From IMG/VR virus record IMGVR_UViG_3300033802_000475: DNA of 64,000 nucleotides. The stretch is one strand, 5' to 3'. The position numbers and the translations under genes were made by a program. Positions 27,562 to 36,156 of the stretch are shown here, in pieces. This DNA is from a virus. The notes under the pieces are model-generated. The model was not told the DNA's origin. It saw only the letters and a program-made list of their open reading frames with translations, and did no database searches. Each line of letters begins with the position of its first letter. Positions within the stretch are counted from its first letter, which is position 1.

Positions 27562-28092
27562 TCAGCCTCCTTTCTTCCCTGCCGATCCCGCCCGCGGGAT
27601 CGCGCCCTCCGCGAACCCCCGCAGGAAGTCGATAATCGGCCGAATGAGCGGGGTCGGCCGTCCCGTCAGCGTCTCCCGGTGCTGGTCGAACGACTCGATC
27701 TCGACGGCGAGAAGGACGACGGCGAGGGCCGTGGCGAGCGCCGCGTGGGTGTCGATCAACCCGGCCGCATCGATCAGCGCCTCCACCGACCAGACGATCA
27801 AGACCAGGAGCACACCGGTCGCCTTCCCGATCATCCCGCCGCGGGCGAGGTTGGGATCGTACGTCCCGTTCCGGCGCGCGATCTCGGAGCCGAGGAGAAA
27901 GTCGAGGAGCGAGACGAACATGAGGATCAGGAGCAGCCCCAGGAGGGGTACGTCGGTCAGGAGCTGCACCGCAGCGGTCGCGGTCCCGGTGATCCAGCTC
28001 CAGACCGGCGCCTCCTCGAGGCGGCCGAACGGTGCCACGAGCGCGGCTCGCAGGTAGCCGCTCGAGCGGACGTCGCTGGGAAGTCGCATCAC
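27562..28092 (-). CDS. Holin
   Basis: Multiple TM helices, LLDFLLG..., VEIESFDQH; immediately upstream of the endolysin. Confidence 0.8.
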   Translation of the reverse strand: MMRLPSDVRSSGYLRAALVAPFGRLEEAPVWSWITGTATAAVQLLTDVPLLGLLLILMFVSLLDFLLGSEIARRNGTYDPNLARGGMIGKATGVLLVLIVWSVEALIDAAGLIDTHAALATALAVVLLAVEIESFDQHRETLTGRPTPLIRPIIDFLRGFAEGAIPRAGSAGKKGG

Positions 28093-28113
28093 GCCTCCGG
28101 GGGTGGATGAAAC

Positions 28114-28162
28114 GAAAACGGCCCCCGGGCTCGCCGTGTGTGGGTGGCGAGCCGGGGGCCGT
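28114..28162 (-). terminator. Rho-independent terminator after the DUF2335 moron
   Basis: Minus strand ACGGCCCCCGGCTCGCC...GGCGAGCCCGGGGGCCGT followed by TTTCGTTTC. Confidence 0.7.
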
Positions 28163-28240
28163 CCAGGCCGTCTATATGGGGCGGGCCGACGCCCGCCTAA
28201 CCTACTACCAGTCTAGTGCGTGTGGGGATCCGACGCAACA

Positions 28241-28744
28241 TCAAACGTCGCCGCGTACTTGGGCTCTCCGCTGCTGGCGTGTCGGGGTGTTTCGCGTTGC
28301 CGCCGCGGCGCGCAGGGCACCGAACAGCACCACGAGCGTGCCGATGATCGTGGCCAGACCTTTCGCGTCGTGGCCCTGCTCAATCAGCTGGCGTCCCGCC
28401 GTGATGGCGTAGAGGGCGATTCCCGTGCTGGCGAGGAAGCTCCCGACGCGCTGAATGGATTCGGTCCAGCTCGCACGATTCTCGACCCGGATCCGATGAT
28501 CGGCGAACTTCTCCGCCATGGTCAGAATGCGCTCGGGCGCGCTCGGCACGATTTCACCGTAGCGCGCAAGTGTCTCCGGGTCCGGAATCGGCCCCGAGTA
28601 CAGAATTTCTTCCTTGGTGACGGTTACGCCATGGGTGGGGTTGCCACCCGTGGGCATGACAGGGGCGGGAGGGTGGGTGCCGGCCGGGACAGGTTGCCGG
28701 TTGGGGATTCGTGCAAGCTTCTTCTTACGACTCGCCCGGCCCAT
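28241..28744 (-). CDS. DUF2335-like membrane protein
   Basis: YSGPIPDPETLARYGEIVPSAPERILTMAEK motif plus two C-terminal TM helices. Confidence 0.85.
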   Translation of the reverse strand: MGRASRKKKLARIPNRQPVPAGTHPPAPVMPTGGNPTHGVTVTKEEILYSGPIPDPETLARYGEIVPSAPERILTMAEKFADHRIRVENRASWTESIQRVGSFLASTGIALYAITAGRQLIEQGHDAKGLATIIGTLVVLFGALRAAAATRNTPTRQQRRAQVRGDV

Positions 28745-28967
28745 GCGTGGAGACGGTCGGGTCGAACGCGCGGGTGGCCGCCTCCAATTCCTCGCCCACG
28801 GCGCGCCACACCTTGAACATTGTGGCAGCGCCGGCTTCTTCGGGCGAGGCGTACCGCTCGTATGGATGCGGCTCGTTCAGCGCCCCGCCGATGTCCAACG
28901 TCCGGGCAATGCCCGCGAAGACGGGGGTGTTGACGATCGCGAAGAAGGCGGCGCGCATGGCTCTCAT
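28725..28967 (-). CDS. Small protein of the type usually found upstream of DUF2335 genes
   Basis: FAGIARTLDIGGALNE...SPEEA...WRAVGEELEAA motif. Confidence 0.65.
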   Translation of the reverse strand: MRAMRAAFFAIVNTPVFAGIARTLDIGGALNEPHPYERYASPEEAGAATMFKVWRAVGEELEAATRAFDPTVSTHGPGES

Positions 28968-29370
28968 AACACCTGCGAGTCGGTCCAACACAGCGACCAG
29001 TAGGTTAAGAACGTAACCGACAACGGTTAACCACGCAACCCCGTGGGTTAACCTTGCCGGCGACGCAAGAACCTTTCCACGATCTACGCTGCCCGTCTCA
29101 CATCGCCCGCCGTCACGCGCACGGGATGGTGCCGCGCGCATTCGACGAGTGACCACACGCGCGCGTCTGGCCACCCGTCAACGGTCCGGCGGGTCCAAGG
29201 TGGCACGCGCACATTTACCTCGGCGGCGCAACGCGGGCAGATGACGACCGCGCGCGGCCAGCGGAGCCGGCGGCCGGGCGACCGTGCAACGGCCCGCGCC
29301 GGCATTGATTGCAATGTTGTCGGCGGCTCGTGCATCTTAGATGTGTGGACCCTCAACATGGAGGCCAACC

Positions 29371-30261
29371 GTGCTCATCCGCAGAACAGCAGCTCTCGCC
29401 CTCGCCGCGCTCGCCCTCGGGGCGTGTGGCCGGGATCGTGACGATGGACCGGACATCGCGCGCCCGGACCAGCTCTCGATCCAGATCGTGAGCGGCGACC
29501 GGCAGCGCGCGCCGGTGGCGCCCGCCCCGGCCCCCTCGGCCTCGGCGGGCACGCTGGCCCCGGCCGCGACCGTGCCGACCAACGTCCTGCCCGAACCGTT
29601 GGTCGCGCGCATCACGATCAACGGCCAGGCGCCGGGCGCGTATGCGGCGCGGTCCTCGGACCCGCTCGCGCCAAGCTTCACAGTGCTGCCATCGAATACG
29701 GCCGTCACGTTCCGCGTCGTGCAACCCGACGACCCGATCGGCCGCCACTGCGGCGCGTCGTTCCTCGACAGCGGCATCCCCGACGACTCGGGCTACGTGA
29801 CCACGTTCTGGGAGCGCGGGACCTACGCGGGCGAGTGCCGTATGGAGGTGCGCCTCGTGGTCGACGGCCAGCCGAGGGTGGACACCGTGTTCACTGCGAC
29901 GTTCGAGCCGGGGCCGGCGGTCCGTTTCTCGACACCCAACGGCGTTCCTACGGTCATAGCCGGGGACACGATTTGGGCTCCTGACTACCTGCGTGCCGGA
30001 TACGACGCGTACGAGAACGAGATCGCGCCAGCCGACCTGGCTGCATCCACATCCGTGTCGTGGGCATGGAAGCGAGCCGGTGATCCTACACCTTCAACTC
30101 CAACGGGCACGGGGTGGCGTGTCGCGGTGCCGGCCGAGGCGGCAAGCTGGCCCGGCGGCTATTGCACGCCCGGCTTGGGGTGCACAGGGCCAAACGCGGT
30201 GCTCACCATGTGGCTTAACGGCAACGATCACCCTGACGGGATTGTATTCTACGTGCAGTAA
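29371..30261 (+). CDS. Lipoprotein moron with Ig-like domain(s)
   Basis: GGAGG RBS, GTG start, lipobox LALGAC, LSIQIVSGDRQ; opposite strand to the late operon. Confidence 0.75.
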   Translation: MLIRRTAALALAALALGACGRDRDDGPDIARPDQLSIQIVSGDRQRAPVAPAPAPSASAGTLAPAATVPTNVLPEPLVARITINGQAPGAYAARSSDPLAPSFTVLPSNTAVTFRVVQPDDPIGRHCGASFLDSGIPDDSGYVTTFWERGTYAGECRMEVRLVVDGQPRVDTVFTATFEPGPAVRFSTPNGVPTVIAGDTIWAPDYLRAGYDAYENEIAPADLAASTSVSWAWKRAGDPTPSTPTGTGWRVAVPAEAASWPGGYCTPGLGCTGPNAVLTMWLNGNDHPDGIVFYVQ

Positions 30262-30582
30262 TCACCACAGCGCCCTCGACCCCTCCGAATGCACAGGCTG
30301 GCCGGTGGCCGCGCGCAGCTCGTCTCTGCCGATCTGCTCGCGCCACCGCCACCGCGTCCAGCAGCCGTCGCATCTGAAGCGGTCGTGCCCTCTCAGCTCC
30401 TCGGGCACGCCAGAGCATCCCTCCGGGCAGAGATCCAGCATCATATCGGCGGTCACGACCCTTCCGCACCGACACCGAAAGTGCGGGATCGGCGTGCCCT
30501 TGGGATACAAGATCCTAGAGGCGTAGGGCCCGGCTTTCCCCTCGTCGATGAAGTCTTGCAGGGTCCGATACGTCCGCTCCAT
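30262..30582 (-). CDS. Small Zn-binding hypothetical protein
   Basis: CRCG and CDGC motifs; follows the tail protein. Confidence 0.55.
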   Translation of the reverse strand: MERTYRTLQDFIDEGKAGPYASRILYPKGTPIPHFRCRCGRVVTADMMLDLCPEGCSGVPEELRGHDRFRCDGCWTRWRWREQIGRDELRAATGQPVHSEGSRALW

Positions 30583-30592
30583 GGCTATCCCC

Positions 30593-33500
30593 TCACGATT
30601 GCTGCGACCCGCCCTGTGAGATGACGAAGAACTGCACTCCGTCGATGTCCTCCCCCGGCGTCATCGAGGCGTACTTGGCGCCGGGGTCCACGTGCCACCG
30701 CATCTGAACGGCGGTCACCTGTACCGCGATGTCTTGAGGAGACGCCCCGACGATGAGTATGTCTTTGAGCTTGAGTCGGAATCGATCAACCTGAGTGCCT
30801 CCCGGACCAGGATCGATCCCCACGACACCCACGGTGATCGTCTGGTTGAACAGCTCGGCGATCTGACCCGGGCCCACCGGTGCCCCGAACCACACGGCGC
30901 GCTGCTCCGAGTACGCGCCGTTGTTCAAGCTCAGCTCCACGGCCACGAGCACGTCCACGAACGCCAAGTCGTTGGGGCTGTTGTTCGTGATGACCACGTG
31001 GAAGACGGCCGTGTACGTGTCGTCGTAGCTCGGCACGTCGGCCGACAAGGACGCAGGGCCGCTCGTGGCGCCGACGGCTAGGAGCATTTGGGGGGAGGTG
31101 AAGACGGCGGTTCTCTGCTGCGGGTTCTGTCGCGCGATCAGTCGGCAGAAAGCCGTGAACCCGGAGGTCGTGGCCACAGCCACCACGCGCTGAATGATCT
31201 GAGCCCCCGTCGGCATCGGGTCATCCGCATACCCGTTGTCCGCCTCGTCAATGGTGCCCCACCTGTTGCGCCCCTCGTAGGACGTGCTGGGGATCAAGAT
31301 GATAATGGGCACGTCCTGATACGTGTCCCCGAAGACGACCGTCTGCTTGTGGAACACCGTGCCGCTGACCACGCCCTTCGGAAGCAGCTTGGGCCCCGCC
31401 CCGTCGCTCGCCTTGAACGTGGGCAGCGCGTGCCCGTCGGCGCCGAGGTGCTGTGTGATCGACGACAGCGGCGTCGGGTCAGCAGCGGAGCGGTAGATGT
31501 TCGCCGCGTGGCGGTCACCGAGCTTCGTGAGCGGGTCGCCCTCCACGACCATGGGCTGCAGCCACGGGGAGAGGACAACCTGAACGACATTGGACTCTAC
31601 GCCGAGCGCGTCCCTCACCTGCACCTCGAACACCGTGCTGTCGCGCCCATACCGGGTGATCTGCACCGTGGTCGTGCCGTCCGACAGCGCGGCGTACACC
31701 CCCCAAGCCGGAGGCGTGTCCCCCTGCTTGAACTCCCGAGTCCGGTACTCGAGCCCGGAGGTGCCGCCGGCCGAATTGAAGGCGATGATGCGCACGGTGC
31801 CGGACAGCTGGGTCGCGGACTCCACGTACGCGTGAAGCCGGGGCCCCGGATCGCCCGGCGGGCCCTCGGGTCCTTGAGGACCCTGAGGACCCTGCGGGCC
31901 TTGGGGGCCCTGCGGACCGGTCAGAACGCTCCACGAGTCCTCCACGGGCTCACCGGCGACCCCACGGCCGTCGCGGGCGAGGACCTGGTAGTAGAGCGTC
32001 GTCTCTCCCGGCACCGGCTGCGGCGGCGCGAACCAGCCCTGTCGGCCCGTGATCGTCGCCGTGGGCGAGGACGGCCACGGGTTGGACGGTGAGGTGCGGA
32101 CGCGGAGCTCGAGCGTGGCGACGTTCGCGCTGCCGATCGCGCCGAGCGTGAGCTGGCCGGCATCCCCGTTCCACTGCCGCAGCACCTGGAGCACGGCGGG
32201 TGCCTCGAGTCCAGGCGCGCCGGTGGCCGGGCCCGGGCGGGTGCCCCCGATCGGAGGCGGAGGCGGCCCGTACGGGTCAGGAATACGCCTGCGAGGGCTC
32301 TCGGCGAGCACGACCTGGGTCGTCTCCGCCCGGACCAGGTCCTGGACCAGCTCGACGATCCGGACCGTATCCAGCGCGATCTCCGCGTCGCGGAGCTGCA
32401 CGTCATCGCCGAGGCGGAGCTCGTCGAAGGCGAAGGCGTCCGGGTCGATCCGGTAGAGGTCCAGGACGTCGACCCGGTACTCCACTCGCGGGCGCCTTCG
32501 TTCGTCCAGCTCGGCCGCCGCGCGCTGCCAGAGTACGTGAGCGCCGGCCCCTGCGACGAAGGCGGGGACATCGCTCGCCACGACCGGGGTGACCATCGCG
32601 GCGTCCAGGTAGAAGTCCGCGGCGCCGCCGTGGGCGACGATGGCGATCTGCGCGGTGCCGGCCGGAAGAGGCTCGTCGTGGACGGGGCCCGCGGTGAGCT
32701 CGAGGTAGACGCCGAGGCCCTCGCTCGACGGCCGTTGCGAGACCGGGTAGATCGTCCCGTTCTGGTGCCGTAGCTCGACCCGGATCTTGCCCGACACCAC
32801 CGTCGCGCCGACGCGGAGCGCGATGTAGGGGCGATCCTCCGGGTTCGAGATCTGGAAGGCGTTCGAGATGAGCCCCTGCCCGTCGGCCGTCGCCTGGACG
32901 CGCCACGCCGTGCCGCCCTGGCGGGCGTAGATGGGATCCGTCGACTTCGTGACGGTCGGCGTGCCCACCTTCGACCAGCTCGCGGGCAGTCCCGCGGCCT
33001 CGATCGAGAGGTCCCCGTTCGGGACCAGGTTCCGGGCGTCGGGGATGTCCTCGGCGACCAGATCGCCGGTCCGGACCCCGTAGGCGGCCCGGCCGGCCGG
33101 GCTCTCGATGTAGGCGAGCCGATCGCCTGCCGCGGAGGTGGCCAGCCTCCCGACGTCGCCCGCGGCGAGGGCGGGGAGGCCCGAGCCGTTGACGGTGAGC
33201 GTGCCTGCGGCGGCGTTCGATGCGGTGATGGGATAGGCGCCCTTGCCTTCGACGAAGAACCAGAGGCCCACGTGGGCGCCGTCCTCGAAGACCGGGTGAG
33301 GTCCGGCGAACGTGAGCACCCGGGCGTTGGTGGCGCCGGCGACCGTGGCGATCTGCCACTCCGCATCCGCGAGGGTGAGGAGGCCTGCGCCCGCCGCGTA
33401 GAGCCGCGTCTGGACGTCCGCCTCATCCGTGAGGCGCTCGAGGCCTCGGAGATTCTTCGCGTACCGAAGCTCCGCGCCGCCGCTCGTCTGCCCGACCCGG

Positions 33501-34099
33501 TGGAGGAGGTCGACCAGGTAGTGCGACCCGTCGGCCGCGAGGCGGAACTGCGCTTCGGCACCGCCCGGGACCGCCTCCTCGAGGGCGCGCAGCGCCGCAA
33601 GGGGCGTGGTGCGGTCGAAGGAGAGGTCGACCGGGGCGGTCGGTTCCACGATGCCGAGTTGGAAGGCGATTGCATCGCCGTCGTAACTCGGGAGGATGAA
33701 GTCCTGGAGCCATTTCGCCGGCGTGAGCCCGACCAGCCCGAAGGTGAAGAGCGGGCGCCCGCCGGCCAGGACCTGCCGGACCAAACCCTGCCGGAGGTCC
33801 ATCCAGAGCGCGTCCGCCGAGAGCTCGAGCGACCGCCGGCCGTCCGGGTGTCGGATGTCGTGGCGGCCCGCCAGACGCCAGAGGGTGAATCCGGTCGCGG
33901 ATCCCTCCTCCTGGAGGCGGAGGACCGCGCCGGTCGAGAGCTCGGCGACGGCAGGATCGTCGGCCGGGATCTCGACGTTGAGGGTTTCCTCGCCCTTGAG
34001 GACCTGCCGCCTTTCCGCACGAAATACGGCGCCGACCACGGCACGCCGGGTGGCGCCCGTCCGGTCCCAGATCTCCAGGCGATAGCGCTTGGCTGCCAT
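30593..34099 (-). CDS. Tail hub/minor tail protein (Tal-like) with collagen-like segment
   Basis: N-terminal prophage-tail domain (LRYAKNLRGLERLTDEADVQTRLYAAG), ELRLGDDVQL, GPQGPQGPQGPQGPEGPPGDPGP; follows Dit. Confidence 0.8.
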   Translation of the reverse strand: MAAKRYRLEIWDRTGATRRAVVGAVFRAERRQVLKGEETLNVEIPADDPAVAELSTGAVLRLQEEGSATGFTLWRLAGRHDIRHPDGRRSLELSADALWMDLRQGLVRQVLAGGRPLFTFGLVGLTPAKWLQDFILPSYDGDAIAFQLGIVEPTAPVDLSFDRTTPLAALRALEEAVPGGAEAQFRLAADGSHYLVDLLHRVGQTSGGAELRYAKNLRGLERLTDEADVQTRLYAAGAGLLTLADAEWQIATVAGATNARVLTFAGPHPVFEDGAHVGLWFFVEGKGAYPITASNAAAGTLTVNGSGLPALAAGDVGRLATSAAGDRLAYIESPAGRAAYGVRTGDLVAEDIPDARNLVPNGDLSIEAAGLPASWSKVGTPTVTKSTDPIYARQGGTAWRVQATADGQGLISNAFQISNPEDRPYIALRVGATVVSGKIRVELRHQNGTIYPVSQRPSSEGLGVYLELTAGPVHDEPLPAGTAQIAIVAHGGAADFYLDAAMVTPVVASDVPAFVAGAGAHVLWQRAAAELDERRRPRVEYRVDVLDLYRIDPDAFAFDELRLGDDVQLRDAEIALDTVRIVELVQDLVRAETTQVVLAESPRRRIPDPYGPPPPPIGGTRPGPATGAPGLEAPAVLQVLRQWNGDAGQLTLGAIGSANVATLELRVRTSPSNPWPSSPTATITGRQGWFAPPQPVPGETTLYYQVLARDGRGVAGEPVEDSWSVLTGPQGPQGPQGPQGPQGPEGPPGDPGPRLHAYVESATQLSGTVRIIAFNSAGGTSGLEYRTREFKQGDTPPAWGVYAALSDGTTTVQITRYGRDSTVFEVQVRDALGVESNVVQVVLSPWLQPMVVEGDPLTKLGDRHAANIYRSAADPTPLSSITQHLGADGHALPTFKASDGAGPKLLPKGVVSGTVFHKQTVVFGDTYQDVPIIILIPSTSYEGRNRWGTIDEADNGYADDPMPTGAQIIQRVVAVATTSGFTAFCRLIARQNPQQRTAVFTSPQMLLAVGATSGPASLSADVPSYDDTYTAVFHVVITNNSPNDLAFVDVLVAVELSLNNGAYSEQRAVWFGAPVGPGQIAELFNQTITVGVVGIDPGPGGTQVDRFRLKLKDILIVGASPQDIAVQVTAVQMRWHVDPGAKYASMTPGEDIDGVQFFVISQGGSQQS

Positions 34100-34102
34100 G
34101 GG

Positions 34103-34861
34103 TCACCACCACCGCTTGTGGTAGCGGACGACGACCTGCGCCTCGCCCCCGGTAACGGTGACGACAACGCGATCGGCGCGCTCGGCCGGGTCCGCCTCGG
34201 GGAAGGTGCTCTCGGCCGAGAGGCCGCCGATCGCGTTCGCACCGTTCACCGTGACGGCGTAACTCTCGTCGTCGATTCGCCAGCGCGAGGGCGTCGTGAG
34301 GGAGCCGGTCCAGGTGAGCGAGCGCAGCACGTCGGTGCCGGCGAGGACCTCGACCACGATCTTGGAGATGGGCCCGCCGTAGGTCGCCTGGACGTCGACG
34401 GCGATGGGCGAGGGCGCGGTGCCGAGCTTCAGGAGCGCCGTGGGACCGGCAAGGATGGTCTCGACCGTCGCCACCGCGGTCGGGTCCGGCAGCAGCCACT
34501 CGAGCGTGGCGCGTGCCGCCCGGGAGGTCCACTGTGGGGCGAGCTCCTCGACCGGCGCCGAGACGCGTTGGAAGATGCCGTGCCATTCGCGGCCCGGGTA
34601 ATCCGAGAGCCGAATGATCCCGGTACCTTGGAGCGCGGCCGAGAGCTCGTCGATTCGGGAGAGGAGCGTCTGCCGGTCCGGCGCGACGATCGTGCCGTCG
34701 ACGGTCATGCGACCGGCGCCCGCGGCGCCCCCGACCACCAGGCTGCCGATCGCGCCGGGCACGTCGACCACGGTGCTCGCCTGGCCGGCGAGCCGCGGCA
34801 GCCGCCGGGTCTGGGCGACGAATCCGAGCGCGCCGAGGTCGATGCCGTTGACGGAGATCAT
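34103..34861 (-). CDS. Distal tail (Dit-like) protein
   Basis: 252 aa, MISVNGIDLGALG...YHKRWW; position between TMP region and tail hub. Confidence 0.7.
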   Translation of the reverse strand: MISVNGIDLGALGFVAQTRRLPRLAGQASTVVDVPGAIGSLVVGGAAGAGRMTVDGTIVAPDRQTLLSRIDELSAALQGTGIIRLSDYPGREWHGIFQRVSAPVEELAPQWTSRAARATLEWLLPDPTAVATVETILAGPTALLKLGTAPSPIAVDVQATYGGPISKIVVEVLAGTDVLRSLTWTGSLTTPSRWRIDDESYAVTVNGANAIGGLSAESTFPEADPAERADRVVVTVTGGEAQVVVRYHKRWW

Positions 34862-36156
34862 CCCACGAGCCTCCTCACCTCATCCGGCGTCCAGTCGGCG
34901 CCCCGGAGGACCAGAACATCACGGAGCGCGGAGAGGCCTGCGTTGCCCGCGGCCCGCGCCCCGATCCACATGATCGGTGCCCCCCATTCGGGCGCCAGCC
35001 CTCCTGTCGGGGGCGGTTGGTGCTCTCCCACGACCACCGGTCCCCCATTCCGTGCGGCGTCCAATCGGACGGACCCGTCTGCGAATATGCGCAGGAAGAA
35101 CTCGAAACGATCGTTCAGGTCGAACGACTGCGAACACAGCGAGGTGGCGAACTGGTTCTTGTGGTTCACCATCTCCGCGATGTAGCCGTTCGGGTGGAGA
35201 GTGGTCCCCCAGAGGCCGACCCGCGCTCCCCCGCCGGAGATGCCCCAGAGGGCGAATGAGAAGGAGGCCATCGTGGCATTGCCGCGCTCTACGCCCCGCA
35301 GATAGACGGTCTGGGCCTGCGGCCGATGGAGCCACTCGCACGACAGCGAGTCTGCGGCTCGGGTCCGTGCCGACGCGTCGGTCACGATGGGCGTGGTAGG
35401 TACCCTTATCGAGGCCTCCATCTGCGCATGGTGGAGTATGGCCGTCTTCGTGTTCTGAGCTATGCCGGTAGGGTATATGAAACCCCACCGCTCGTTTCCC
35501 GATGTCCCCGTGCCTATCACCGCGAGAAGGTAGAGCGATCCGCCGTTAGGCCCTACGTCGGCCAGCTTGTCAGCGAGGACGGACCCTGATCCCACAGTGA
35601 CGTTCGGCACCCCGGTCGACCAATTGAAGATCCCTCGCACGACGAACGCCTTGGCGGTGCCGTCGTAGATGCCCCACTCCGACACGTCTGCGTCCACGTT
35701 CTCGATCAGGCACCAGAACGTGTCGGCAGAGCCGGTGAACGACCCGGTGAACTGGCTACGATTGTGGGATGTAGCCGATCCAAGATTCGTGTGTCGGTAC
35801 GCGATCTGCCCGGCGATGGCCGACACAGCCTCCGAGATGGAGAACCCATTCGCACCGCCCCACGCCGTACCCGCTGCCGCGAATCGCGACGAGTCTGCCA
35901 AAGCATTGGTACGTGCCGGCTCCAGTCGAAGCACTGGCGCCTCCCGTATCCTGTCGCCGTCGAGATCGAGCCACTCGATGCGCGGCACATTCACAGCGGC
36001 TCGCCGAAGGATGCCGCCCGCGTCGACAAACAACGCCTCGCTGCTCCGCGAGAACGACGCACCCTGAGGGAACGGCTGGCCCGCGTGGTAGCGGAAGAGG
36101 ATCCGCGGATCCCGGAACCGCGGCCTCCGGATCGGCCGGAGCATGGAAACGCTCAT
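34858..36156 (-). CDS. Tail-associated LamG-like/receptor-binding protein
   Basis: ASFSRSSEALFVDAGG...PRIEW...LEPARTN and PTTPIVTDASARTRAAD motifs typical of phage tail-fibre-like proteins; lower GC in the central part. Confidence 0.65.
   Translation of the reverse strand: MSVSMLRPIRRPRFRDPRILFRYHAGQPFPQGASFSRSSEALFVDAGGILRRAAVNVPRIEWLDLDGDRIREAPVLRLEPARTNALADSSRFAAAGTAWGGANGFSISEAVSAIAGQIAYRHTNLGSATSHNRSQFTGSFTGSADTFWCLIENVDADVSEWGIYDGTAKAFVVRGIFNWSTGVPNVTVGSGSVLADKLADVGPNGGSLYLLAVIGTGTSGNERWGFIYPTGIAQNTKTAILHHAQMEASIRVPTTPIVTDASARTRAADSLSCEWLHRPQAQTVYLRGVERGNATMASFSFALWGISGGGARVGLWGTTLHPNGYIAEMVNHKNQFATSLCSQSFDLNDRFEFFLRIFADGSVRLDAARNGGPVVVGEHQPPPTGGLAPEWGAPIMWIGARAAGNAGLSALRDVLVLRGADWTPDEVRRLVG

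Noticed and set aside
30593-36156. Diversity-generating retroelement acting on tail genes
   Set aside because: No reverse transcriptase and no TR/VR pair differing at adenines was seen
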